Assembly: GCA_964016885.1 (NCBI GenBank)
Contig: OZ024748.1
Location: forward strand, 35,092,001 to 35,156,000
Source: Eledone cirrhosa
Taxonomy: Eukaryota
Reading direction: 5' to 3'
DNA: 64,000 nucleotides
The notes beneath the pieces were generated by a model. It ran no database searches. It worked only from the letters and a program-made list of their open reading frames with translations, and had not been told where the DNA came from. Every line of letters begins with the position of its first letter. The first letter of the stretch is position 1. Of the stretch, positions 51,701 through 64,000 are shown piece by piece. The position numbers and the translations under genes were made by a program.

Positions 51701-54700
51701 TACATCTCTAGTGTTAGAATCTGAGATAAGAGGTGTTACCTCAGTCCACTGTAATACATCTCTAGTGTTAGAAGCTGAGATAAGGGGTTTTACCTCAGTC
51801 CACTGTAATACATCTCTAGTGTTAGAAGCTGAGATAAGGAGTGTTATCTCAGTCCACTGTAATACATCTCTAGAGCTGGAAGCTGAGATAAGGGGTGTTA
51901 CGTCAGTTCACTGTAATACATCTCCAGTGTTAGAAGCTGAGATAAGGGGTGTTACCTCAGTCCACTGTAATACATCTCTAGTGTTAGAAGCTGAGATAAG
52001 GGGTGTTACCTCAGTCCACTGTAATACATCTCTAGTGTTAGAAGCTGAGATAAGGGGTGTTACCTCAGTCCACTGTAATACATCTCTAGTGTTAGAAGCT
52101 GAGATAAGGAGTGTTATCTCAGTCCACTGTAATACATCTCTAGAGCTGGAAGCTGAGATAAGGGGTGTTACGTCAGTTCACTGTAATACATCTCCAGTGT
52201 TAGAAGCTGAGATAAGGGGTGTTACCTCAGTCCACTGTAATACATCTCTAGTGTTAGAAGCTGAGATAAGGGGTGTTACTTCAGTTCACTGTAAAACATC
52301 TCCAGTGTTGGAAGCTGAGATAAGAGGTGTTACCTCAATCCACTGTAATAGACCTGTAGAGTTGGAAGCTGAGATAAGGGGTGTTACCTCAGTCCACTGT
52401 AATACATCTCTAGTGTTAGAAGCTGAGATAAGGGGTGTTACCTCAGTCCACTGTAATACATCTCTAGTGTTAGAAGCTGAGATAAGGGGTGTTACCTCAG
52501 TCCACTGTAATATATCTCTAGTGTTAGAATCTGAGATAAGGGGTGTTACGTCAGTCCACTGTAATACATCTCTAGTGTTAGAAGCTGAGATAAGGGGTGT
52601 TACCTCAGTCCACTGTAATACATCTCTAGTGTTAGAAGCTGAGATAAGGGGTGTTACCTCAGTCCACTGTAATACATCTCTAGTGTTAGAAGCTGAGATA
52701 AGGGGTGTTACCTCAGTTCACTGTAATACATCTCCAGTGTTAGAAGCTGAGATAAGGGGTGTTACCTCAGTCCACTGTAATACATCTGTAGAGTTAGAAG
52801 CTGAGATAAGGGGTGTTACCTCAGTCCACTGTAATACATCTCTAGAGTTAGAAGCTGAGATAAAGGGTGTTACCTCAGTCCACTGTAATACATCTCTAGT
52901 TTTGGAAGCTGAGATAAGGGGTGTTACTTCAGTCCACTGTAATACATCTCTAGTGTTAGAAGCTGAGATAAGGGGTGTTACCTCAGTCCACTGTAATACA
53001 TCTATAGTGTTACAAGCTGAGATAAGGGGTGTTACCTCAGTTCACTGTAATACATCTATAGTGTTAGAATCGTAGATAAGGGGTGTTACCTCAGTCCACT
53101 GTAATACATCTATAGTGTTAGAAGCTGAGATAAGGGGTGTTACCTCAGTTCACTGTAATACATCTCCAGTGTTAGAAGCTGAGATAAGGGGTTTATCTCA
53201 ATCCACTGTAATACATCTCTAGTGTTAGAAGCTGAGATAAGGAGTGTTACCTCAGTCCACTGTAATACATCTCTAGTGTTGGAAGATGAGATAAGAGGTG
53301 TTACCTCAGTCCACAGTAATACATCTTTAGCGTTAGAAACTGAGATAAGGGGTTTTACCTCAGTCCACTGTAATACATCTCTAGTGTTAGAAGCTGAGAT
53401 AAGGAGTGTTATCTCAGTCCACTGTAATACATCTCTAGAGCTGGAAGCTGAGATAAGGGGTGTTACGTCAGTTCACTGTAATACATCTCCAGTGTTAGAA
53501 GCTGAGATAAGGGGTGTTACCTCAGTCCACTGTAATACATCTCTAGTGTTAGAAGCTGAGATAAGGGGTGTTACCTCAGTCCACTGTAATACATCTCTAG
53601 TGTTAGAAGCTGAGATAAGGGGTGTTACCTCAGTCCACTGTAATACATCTCTAGTGTTAGAAGCTGAGATAAGGAGTGTTATCTCAGTCCACTGTAATAC
53701 ATCTCTAGAGCTGGAAGCTGAGATAAGGGGTGTTACCTCAGTCCACTGTAATACATCTATAGTGTTAGAAGCTGAGATAAGGGGTGTTACCTCAGTTCAC
53801 TGTAATACATCTCCAGTGTTAGAAGCTGAGATAAGGGGTTTATCTCAATCCACTGTAATACTTCTCTAGTGTTAGAAGCTGAGATAAGGAGTGTTACCTC
53901 AGTCCACTGTAATACATCTCTAGTGTTGGAAGATGAGATAAGAGGTGTTACCTCAGTCCACAGTAATACATCTTTAGCGTTAGAAACTGAGATAAGGGGT
54001 GTTACCTCAGTCCACTGTAATACATCTCTAGAGTTGGAAGCTGAGATAAGGGGTGTTACGTCAGTCCACTGTAATACATCTATAGTGTTACAAGCTGAGA
54101 TAAGGGGTGTTACCTCTGTTCACTGTAATACATCTATAGTGTTAGAATCTGAGATAAGGGGTGTTACCTTAGTCCACTGTAATACATCTCTAGTTTTTGA
54201 AGCTGAGATAAGGGGTGTTACCTCAGTCCACTGTAATACATCTCTAGTTTTGGAAGCTGAGATAAGGGGTGTTACCTCAGTCCACTGTAATACATCTCTA
54301 GTTTTGGAAGCTGAGATAAGGGGTGTTACCTCAGTTCACTGTAATACATCTCTAGTTTTGGAAGCTGAGATAAGGGGTGTTACCTCAGTCCACTGTAATA
54401 CATCTCTAGTGTTAGAAGCTGAGATAAGGGGTGTTACCTCAGTCCACTGTAATACATCTATAGTGTTACAAGCTGAGATAAGGGGTGTTACCTCAGTTCA
54501 CTGTAATACATCTATAGTGTTAGAATCTGAGATAAGGGGTGTTACCTCAGTCCACTGTAATACATCAATAGTGTTAGAAGCTGAGATAAGGGGTGTTATC
54601 TCAGTCCACTGTAATACATCTGTAGTGTTAGAAGATAGATAAGGGGTGTTACCTCAGTCCACTGTAATACATCTCTAGTGTTAGAAGCTGAGATAAGGGG

Positions 54701-57700
54701 TGTTATCTAAGTCCACTGTAATACATCTTCAGTGTTTGAAGCTGAGATAAGGGGTTTATCTCAATCCACTGTAATACATCTCTAGTGTTAGAAGCTGAGA
54801 TAAGGAGTGTTACTTCAGTCCACTGTAATACATCTCTAGTGTTGGAAGATGAGATAAGAGGTGTTACCTCAGTCCACTGTAATACATCTCTAGTGTTGGA
54901 TGCTGAGATAAGGGGTGTTACCTCAGTCCACTGTAATATATCTCTAGTGTTAGAATCTGAGATAAGGGGTGTTACCTCAGTCCACTAATACATCTCCAGT
55001 GTTAGAAGCTGAGATAAGGGGTGTTATCTCAGTCCACTGAAATACATCTCTAGAGTTGGAAGCTGAGATAAGGGTGTTATCTCAGTCCACTTTAATACAT
55101 CTTTAGTGTTAGAAGCTGAGATAAGGGGTGTTACCTCAGTCCACTGTAATACATCTCTAGTGTTAGAAGCTGAGATAAGGGGTGTTACCTCAGTCCACTG
55201 TAATACATCTCTAGTGTTAGAAGCTGAGATAAGGGGTGTTACCTCAGTCCGCTGTAATACATCTCTAGTGTTAGAAGCTGAGATAAAGGGTGTTACCTCA
55301 GTCCAATGTAATACATCTCTAGTGTTAGAAGCTGAGATAAGGGGTGTTATCTCAGTCCACTGTAATACATCTCTAGAGTTGGAAGCTGAGATAAGGGTGT
55401 TATCTCAGTCCACTGTAATACATCTCTAGAGTTGGAAGCTGAGTTAAGGGGTGTTATCTCAGTCCACTGTAATACATCTCTAGGGTTAGAAGATGAGATA
55501 AGGGGTGTTACCTCAGTCCACTGTAATACATCTCTAGTGTTAGAAGCTGAGATAAGGGCTGTTATCTCAGTCCACTGTAATACATCTCTAAAGTTGGAAG
55601 CTGAGATAAGGGGTGTTAACTCAGTCCACTGTAATACATCTCTAGTGTTAGAAGCCGAGATAAAGGGTGTTACCTCAGTCCACTGTAATACATCTCTAGT
55701 GTTAGAAGCTGAGATAAGGGGTGTTATCTCAGTCCACTGTAATACATCTCTAAAGTTTGAAGCTGAGATAAGGGTGTTATCTCAGTCCACTGTAATACAT
55801 CTTTAGTCTTAGAAGCTGAGATAAGGGGTGTTACCTCTGGAAGCTGAGATAAGGGGTGTTACCTCAGTTCACTGTAATCCACTGTAATACATCTCCAGTG
55901 TAAGAAGCCAGAGAGAAGGTGTGTTATCTCAATCCACTGTAATACATCTGTAGTGTTAGAAGCTGAGATAAGGGCTGTTATCTCAGTCCACTGTAATACA
56001 TCTCTAGTGTTAGAAGCTGAGATAAGGAGTGTTACCTCAGTCCACTGTAATACATCTCTAGTGTTGGAAGATGAGATAAGAGGTGTTACCTCAGTCCACA
56101 GTAATACATCTTTAGCGTTAGAAACTGAGATAAGGGGTGTTACCTCAGTCCACTGTAATACATCTCTAGAGTTGGAAGCTGAGATAAGGGGTGTTACGTC
56201 AGTCCACTGTAATACATCTATAGTGTTACAAGCTGAGATAAGGGGTGTTACCTCAGTTCACTGTAATACATCTCTAGTTTTGGAAGCTGAGATAAGGGGT
56301 GTTACCTCAGTCAACTGTAATACATCTCTAGTTTTGGAAGCTGAGATAAGGGGTGTTACCTCAGTTCACTGTAATACATCTCTAGTTTTGTAAGCTGAGA
56401 TAAGGGGTGTTACCTCAGTCCACTGTAATACATCTCTAGTTTTGGAAGCTGAGATAAGGGGTGTTACCTCAGTCCACTGTAATACATCTCTAGTGTTAGA
56501 AGCTGAGATAAGGGGTGTTACCTCAGTCCACTGTAATACATCTATAGTGTTACAAGCTGAGATAAGGGGTGTTACCTCAGTTCACTGTAATACATCTCTA
56601 GTTTTGTAAGCTGAGATAAGGGGTGTTACCTCAGTCCACTGTAATACATCTCTAGTTTTGGAAGCTGAGATAAGGGGTGTTACCTCAGTCCACTGTAATA
56701 CATCTCTAGTGTTAGAAGCTGAGATAAGGGGTGTTATCTCAGTCCACTGTAATACATCTCTAGAGTTAGAAGCTGAGATAAGGGGTGTTATCTCAATCCA
56801 CTGTAATACATCTCTAGTGTTAGAAACTCAGATAAGGAGTTACCTCAGTCCACTGTAATACATCTCTAGTGTTGGAAGATGAGATAAGAGGTGTTACCTC
56901 AGTCCACTGTAATACATCTCTAGTGTTAGAATCTGAGATAAGAGGTGTTACCTCAGTCCACTGTAATACATCTCTAGTGTTAGAAGCTGAGATAAGGGGT
57001 TTTACCTCAGTCCACTGTAATACATCTCTAGTGTTAGAAGCTGAGATAAGGAGTGTTATCTCAGTCCACTGTAATACATCTCTAGAGCTGGAAGCTGAGA
57101 TAAGGGGTGTTACGTCAGTTCACTGTAATACATCTCCAGTGTTAGAAGCTGAGATAAGGGGTGTTACCTCAGTCCACTGTAATACATCTCTAGTGTTAGA
57201 AGCTGAGATAAGGGGTGTTACCTCAGTCCACTGTAATACATCTCTAGTGTTAGAAGCTGAGATAAGGGGTGTTACCTCAGTCCACTGTAATACATCTCTA
57301 GTGTTAGAAGCTGAGATAAGGAGTGTTATCTCAGTCCACTGTAATACATCTCTAGAGCTGGAAGCTGAGATAAGGGGTGTTACGTCAGTTCACTGTAATA
57401 CATCTCCAGTGTTAGAAGCTGAGATAAGGGGTGTTACCTCAGTCCACTGTAATACATCTCTAGTGTTAGAAGCTGAGATAAGGGGTGTTACTTCAGTTCA
57501 CTGTAAAACATCTCCAGTGTTGGAAGCTGAGATAAGAGGTGTTACCTCAATCCACTGTAATAGACCTGTAGAGTTGGAAGCTGAGATAAGGGGTGTTACC
57601 TCAGTCCACTGTAATACATCTCTAGTGTTAGAAGCTGAGATAAGGGGTGTTACCTCAGTCCACTGTAATACATCTCTAGTGTTAGAAGCTGAGATAAGGG

Positions 57701-60700
57701 GTGTTACCTCAGTCCACTGTAATATATCTCTAGTGTTAGAATCTGAGATAAGGGGTGTTACGTCAGTCCACTGTAATACATCTCTAGTGTTAGAAGCTGA
57801 GATAAGGGGTGTTACCTCAGTCCACTGTAATACATCTCTAGTGTTAGAAGCTGAGATAAGGGGTGTTACCTCAGTCCACTGTAATACATCTCTAGTGTTA
57901 GAAGCTGAGATAAGGGGTGTTACCTCAGTTCACTGTAATACATCTCCAGTGTTAGAAGCTGAGATAAGGGGTGTTACCTCAGTCCACTGTAATACATCTG
58001 TAGAGTTAGAAGCTGAGATAAGGGGTGTTACCTCAGTCCACTGTAATACATCTCTAGAGTTAGAAGCTGAGATAAGGGGTGTTACCTCAGTCCACTGTAA
58101 TACATCTCTAGTTTTGGAAGCTGAGATAAGGGGTGTTACTTCAGTCCACTGTAATACATCTCTAGTGTTACAAGCTGAGATAAGGGGTGTTACCTCTGTT
58201 CACTGTAATACATCTATAGTGTTAGAATCTGAGATAAGGGGTGTTACCTTAGTCCACTGTAATACATCTCTAGTTTTTGAAGCTGAGATAAGGGGTGTTA
58301 CCTCAGTCCACTGTAATACATCTCTAGTTTTGGAAGCTGAGATAAGGGGTGTTACCTCAGTCCACTGTAATACATCTCTAGTTTTGGAAGCTGAGATAAG
58401 GGGTGTTACCTCAGTTCACTGTAATACATCTCTAGTTTTGGAAGCTGAGATAAGGGGTGTTACCTCAGTCCACTGTAATACATCTCTAGTGTTAGAAGCT
58501 GAGATAAGGGGTGTTACCTCAGTCCACTGTAATACATCTATAGTGTTACAAGCTGAGATAAGGGGTGTTACCTCAGTTCACTGTAATACATCTATAGTGT
58601 TAGAATCTGAGATAAGGGGTGTTACCTCAGTCCACTGTAATACATCAATAGTGTTAGAAGCTGAGATAAGGGGTGTTATCTCAGTCCACTGTAATACATC
58701 TGTAGTGTTAGAAGATAGATAAGGGGTGTTACCTCAGTCCACTGTAATACATCTCTAGTGTTAGAAGCTGAGATAAGGGGTGTTATCTAAGTCCACTGTA
58801 ATACATCTTCAGTGTTTGAAGCTGAGATAAGGGGTTTATCTCAATCCACTGTAATACATCTCTAGTGTTAGAAGCTGAGATAAGGAGTGTTACTTCAGTC
58901 CACTGTAATACATCTCTAGTGTTGGAAGATGAGATAAGAGGTGTTACCTCAGTCCACTGTAATACATCTCTAGTGTTGGATGCTGAGATAAGGGGTGTTA
59001 CCTCAGTCCACTGTAATATATCTCTAGTGTTAGAATCTGAGATAAGGGGTGTTACCTCAGTCCACTAATACATCTCCAGTGTTAGAAGCTGAGATAAGGG
59101 GTGTTATCTCAGTCCACTGAAATACATCTCTAGAGTTGGAAGCTGAGATAAGGGTGTTATCTCAGTCCACTTTAATACATCTTTAGTGTTAGAAGCTGAG
59201 ATAAGGGGTGTTACCTCAGTCCACTGTAATACATCTCTAGTGTTAGAAGCTGAGATAAGGGGTGTTACCTCAGTCCACTGTAATACATCTCTAGTGTTAG
59301 AAGCTGAGATAAGGGGTGTTACCTCAGTCCGCTGTAATACATCTCTAGTGTTAGAAGCTGAGATAAAGGGTGTTACCTCAGTCCAATGTAATACATCTCT
59401 AGTGTTAGAAGCTGAGATAAGGGGTGTTATCTCAGTCCACTGTAATACATCTCTAGAGTTGGAAGCTGAGATAAGGGTGTTATCTCAGTCCACTGTAATA
59501 CATCTCTAGAGTTGGAAGCTGAGTTAAGGGGTGTTATCTCAGTCCACTGTAATACATCTCTAGTGTTAGAAGCTGAGATAAGGGGTGTTATCTCAATCCA
59601 CTGTAATACATCTCTAGTGTTAGAAGCTGAGATAAGGGCTGTTATCTCAGTCCACTGTAATACATCTCTAAAGTTGGAAGCTGAGATAAGGGGTGTTAAC
59701 TCAGTCCACTGTAATACATCTCTAGTGTTAGAAGCCGAGATAAGGGGTGTTACCTCAGTCCACTGTAATACATCAATAGTGTTAGAAGCTGAGATAAGGG
59801 GTGTTATCTCAGTCCACTGTAATACATCTGTAGTGTTAGAAGATAGATAAGGGGTGTTACCTCAGTCCACTGTAATACATCTCTAGTGTTAGAAGCTGAG
59901 ATAAGGGGTGTTATCTAAGTCCACTGTAATACATCTTCAGTGTTTGAAGCTGAGATAAGGGGTTTATCTCAATCCACTGTAATACATCTCTAGTGTTAGA
60001 AGCTGAGATAAGGAGTGTTACTTCAGTCCACTGTAATACATCTCTAGTGTTGGAAGATGAGATAAGAGGTGTTACCTCAGTCCACTGTAATACATCTCTA
60101 GTGTTGGATGCTGAGATAAGGGGTGTTACCTCAGTCCACTGTAATATATCTCTAGTGTTAGAATCTGAGATAAGGGGTGTTACCTCAGTCCACTAATACA
60201 TCTCCAGTGTTAGAAGCTGAGATAAGGGGTGTTATCTCAGTCCACTGTAATACATCTCTAGAGTTGGAAGCTGAGATAAGGGTGTTATCTCAGTCCACTT
60301 TAATACATCTTTAGTGTTAGAAGCTGAGATAAGGGGTGTTACCTCAGTCCACTGTAATACATCTCTAGTGTTAGAAGCTGAGATAAGGGGTGTTACCTCA
60401 GTCCACTGTAATACATCTCTAGTGTTAGAAGCTGAGATAAGGGGTGTTACCTCAGTCCGCTGTAATACATCTCTAGTGTTAGAAGCTGAGATAAAGGGTG
60501 TTACCTCAGTCCAATGTAATACATCTCTAGTGTTAGAAGCTGAGATAAGGGGTGTTATCTCAGTCCACTGTAATACATCTCTAGAGTTGGAAGCTGAGAT
60601 AAGGGTGTTATCTCAGTCCACTGTAATACATCTCTAGAGTTGGAAGCTGAGTTAAGGGGTGTTATCTCAGTCCACTGTAATACATCTCTAGTGTTAGAAG

Positions 60701-63700
60701 CTGAGATAAGGGGTGTTATCTCAATCCACTGTAATACATCTCTAGTGTTAGAAGCTGAGATAAGGGCTGTTATCTCAGTCCACTGTAATACATCTCTAAA
60801 GTTGGAAGCTGAGATAAGGGGTGTTAACTCAGTCCACTGTAATACATCTCTAGTGTTAGAAGCCGAGATAAAGGGTGTTACCTCAGTCCACTGTAATACA
60901 TCTCTAGTGTTAGAAGCTGAGATAAGGGGTGTTATCTCAGTCCACTGTAATACATCTCTAAAGTTTGAAGCTGAGATAAGGGTGTTATCTCAGTCCACTG
61001 TAATACATCTTTAGTGTTAGAAGCTGAGATAAGGGGTGTTACCTCTGGAAGCTGAGATAAGGGGTGTTACCTCAGTTCACTGTAATACATCTCCAGTGTA
61101 AGAAGCCAGAGATAAGGTGTGTTATCTCAATCCACTGTAATACATCTGTAGTGTTAGAAGCTGAGATAAGGGCTGTTATCTCAGTCCACTGTAATACATC
61201 TCTAGTGTTAGAAGCTGAGATAAGGAGTGTTACCTCAGTCCACTGTAATACATCTCTAGTGTTGGAAGATGAGATAAGAGGTGTTACCTCAGTCCACTGT
61301 AATACATCTTTAGTGCTAGAAGCTGAGATTAGGGGTGTTACCTTAGTCCACTGTAATACATCTTTAGTGTTAGAAACTGAGATAAGGGGTGTTATCTCAG
61401 TACACTGTAATACATCTCTAGTGTTAGAAGCTGAGATAAGGGGTGTTATCTCAATCCACTGTAATACATCTCTAGTGTTAGAAGCTGAGATAAGGAGTGT
61501 TACCTCAGTCCACTGTAATACATCTCTAGTGTTGGAAGATGAGATAAGAGGTGTTACCTCAGTCGACTGTAATACATCTCTAGTGTTAGAAGCTGAGATA
61601 AGGGGTGTTACCTCAGTTCACTGTAATACATCTCCAGTTTTATAAGCTGAGATAAGGGGTGTTACCTCAGTTCACTGCAATACATCTCCAGTGTTAGAAG
61701 CTGAGATAAGGGGTGTTACCTCAGTCCACTGTAATACATCTCTAGAGTTGGAAGCTGAGATAAGGGGTGTTACGTTAGTCCACTGTAATACATCTATAGT
61801 GTTACAAGCTGAGATAAGGGGTGTTACCTCAGTTCACTGTAATACATCTATAGTGTTAGAAGCTGAGATAAGGGGTGTTACCTCAGTCCACTGTAATACA
61901 TCTCTAGAGTTGGAAGCTGAGATAAGGGGTGTTACGTTAGTCCACTGTAATACATCTCTAGTGTTAGAAGCTGAGATAAGGGGTGTTACCTCAGTTCACT
62001 GTAATACTTCTCCAGTTTTATAAGCTGAGATAAGGGGTGTTACCTCAGTTCACTGTAATACATCTCCAGTGTTAGAAGCTGAGATAAGGGGTGTTACCTC
62101 AGTCCACTGTAATACATCTCTAGAGTTGGAAGCTGAGATAAGGGGTGTTACGTTAGTCCACTGTAATACATCTATAGTGTTACAAGCTGAGATAAGGGGT
62201 GTTACCTCAGTTCACTGTAATACATCTATAGTGTTAGAAGCTGAGATAAGGGGTGTTACCTCAGTCCACTGTAATACATCTCTAGAGTTGGAAGCTGAGA
62301 TAAGGGGTGTTACGTTAGTCCACTGTAATACATCTATAGTGTTAGAATCTGAGATAAGGGGTGTTACCTCAGTCCACTGTAATACATCTATAGTGTTAGA
62401 AGCTGAGATAAGGGGTGTTACCTCAGTTCACTGTAATACATCTCCAGTGTTAGAAGCTGAGATAAGGGGTGTTACCTCAGTCCACTGTAATACATCTCTA
62501 GAGTTGGAAGCTGAGATAAGGGGTGTTACGTTAGTCCACTGTAATACATCTCTAGTGTTACAAGCTGAGATAAGGGGTGTTACCTCAGTTCACTGTAATA
62601 CATCTATAGTGTTAGAATCTGAGATAAGGGGTGTTACCTCAGTCTACTGTAATACATCTATAGTGTTAGAAGCTGAGATAACGGGTGTTACCTCAGTTCA
62701 CTGTAATACATCTCTAGTTTTGGAAGCTGAGATAAGAGGTGTTACCTCAGTTCACTGTAATACATCTCTAGTTTTGGAAGCTGAGATAAGGGGTGTTACC
62801 TCAGTCCACTGTAATACATCTCTAGTGTTGGAAGATGAGATAAGGGGTGTTACCTCAGTCCACTGTAATACATCTATAGTGTTAGAATCTGAGATAAGGG
62901 GTGTTACCTCAGTCCACTGTAATACTTCTATAGTGTTAGAAGCTGAGATAAGGGGTGTTACCTCAGTCCACTGTAATACATCTATAGTGTTAGAATCTGA
63001 GATAAGGGGTGTTACCTCAGTCCACTGTAATACATCAATAGTGTTAGAAGCTGAGATAAGAGGTGTTACCTCAGTTCACTGTAATACATCTCCAGTGTTC
63101 GAAGCTGAGATAAGGGGTGTTACCTCAGTCCACTGTAATACATCTCTAGTGTTAGAAGCTGAGATAAGGGGTGTTATCTCGGTCTACCGTAATACATCTC
63201 TAGTGTTAGAAGCTGAGATAAGGGGTGTTATCTCAATCCACTGTAATACATCTGTAGTGTTAGAAGCTGAGATAAGGGGTGTTATCTAAGTCCACTGTAA
63301 TACATCTCCAGTGTTTGAAGCTGAGATAATGGGTTTATCTCAATCCACTGTAATACATCTCTAGTGTTAGAAACTGAGATAAGGAGTGTTACCTCAGTCC
63401 ACTGTAATACATCTCTAGAGTTGGAAGCTGAGATAAGGGTGTTATCTCAGTCCACTGTAATACATCTCTAGAGTTGGAAGCTGAGTTAAGGGGTGTTATC
63501 TCAGTCCACTGTAATACATCTCTAGTGTTGGAAGATGAGATAAGAGGTGTTACCTCAGTCCACTGTAATACATCTCTAGTGTTGGAAGATGAGATAAGAG
63601 GTGTTACCTCAGTCCACTGTAATACATCTCTAGTGTTAGAAGCTGAGATAAGAGGTGTTATCTCAGTCCACTGTAATACATCTCTAGTGTTAGAAGCTGA

Positions 63701-63775
63701 GATATGGGGCGTTACCTCAGTCCACTGGTAGTGAACAGCTAACACTGTAATACATCTCTAGTGTTAGAAGCTGAG
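24719..63775 (+). repeat. ~39-kb satellite array of a 54-bp monomer (about 720 copies) with higher-order structure
   Basis: Consensus GAGATAAGGGGTGTTACCTCAGTCCACTGTAATACATCTCTAGTGTTAGAAGCT repeated head-to-tail throughout, with recurrent point and 1-2-bp indel variants. Confidence 0.99.
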
Positions 63776-63793
63776 TGCAGAAACAATAATAAT
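63701..63793 (+). mobile_element. Putative 3' UTR and (AAT)n tail of the R4/Dong-like element
   Basis: The last unit carries an extra 20 bp (GTAGTGAACAGCTAACACTG, 63728-63747), then GAAGCTGAG TGCAGAAAC AATAATAAT (63785-63793). Confidence 0.75.
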
Positions 63794-64000
63794 GTTTTTA
63801 AATTTATTTTCTTTGCTAAAGCAGGAGTTAGCCTTGCAGATCCCATAACAGATTTCTCATTGTGGGATTCTTTTGGGGGCAGAGTTTTATGGTTAGATGC
63901 CCTTCTTGGCACCAAACATTTTATTTGCCTCTCACAACATGCAGGAATACAGTGTACCTATACTATACTACATATATTCAGTGAAACAATAATAATAATA

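Noticed and set aside
24719-63775. CRISPR-like array or giant repeat-protein gene
   Set aside because: Units are contiguous with no unique spacers and no cas genes, and the context is eukaryotic. ORFs are broken by recurrent stops and frameshifts and mostly begin at non-ATG codons.

Overview
Eukaryotic, AT-rich, repeat-dominated DNA. The repeat inventory (tRNA-derived SINEs, (TA)n tracts, RTE LINEs with (ATG)n tails, an R4/Dong-like end) looks like a mollusc, probably an octopus; this is an inference. No intact host gene is evident, only a weak candidate pair of minus-strand exons at about 1.0-1.5 kb. The first 24.5 kb is a transposon graveyard: a piggyBac-type MITE, a DD37D (maT) mariner, a Merlin-like MITE, CRE-like fragments, a 2.4-kb CT-rich satellite, four 5'-truncated minus-strand RTE LINEs (the three longer ones retain a PHD finger inside the RT), a Penelope-like element, SINEs and a non-autonomous RTE. 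From about 24.5 to 63.8 kb lies a ~39-kb array of a 54-bp satellite (about 720 monomers). The main observation is that the whole array sits inside what appears to be one R4/Dong-like non-LTR retrotransposon. The element's ORF ends at 24515, its undeleted 3' UTR and (AAT)n tail reappear at 63701-63793, and the monomer is that 3' UTR minus 20 bp. The array has a fold-back inversion at its left end, a near-identical 4.8-kb higher-order repeat core, and older variants shared by both flanks. The long 'LEAEIRGVTSVHCNTSLV' ORFs are a by-product of the 54-bp (18-codon) period.
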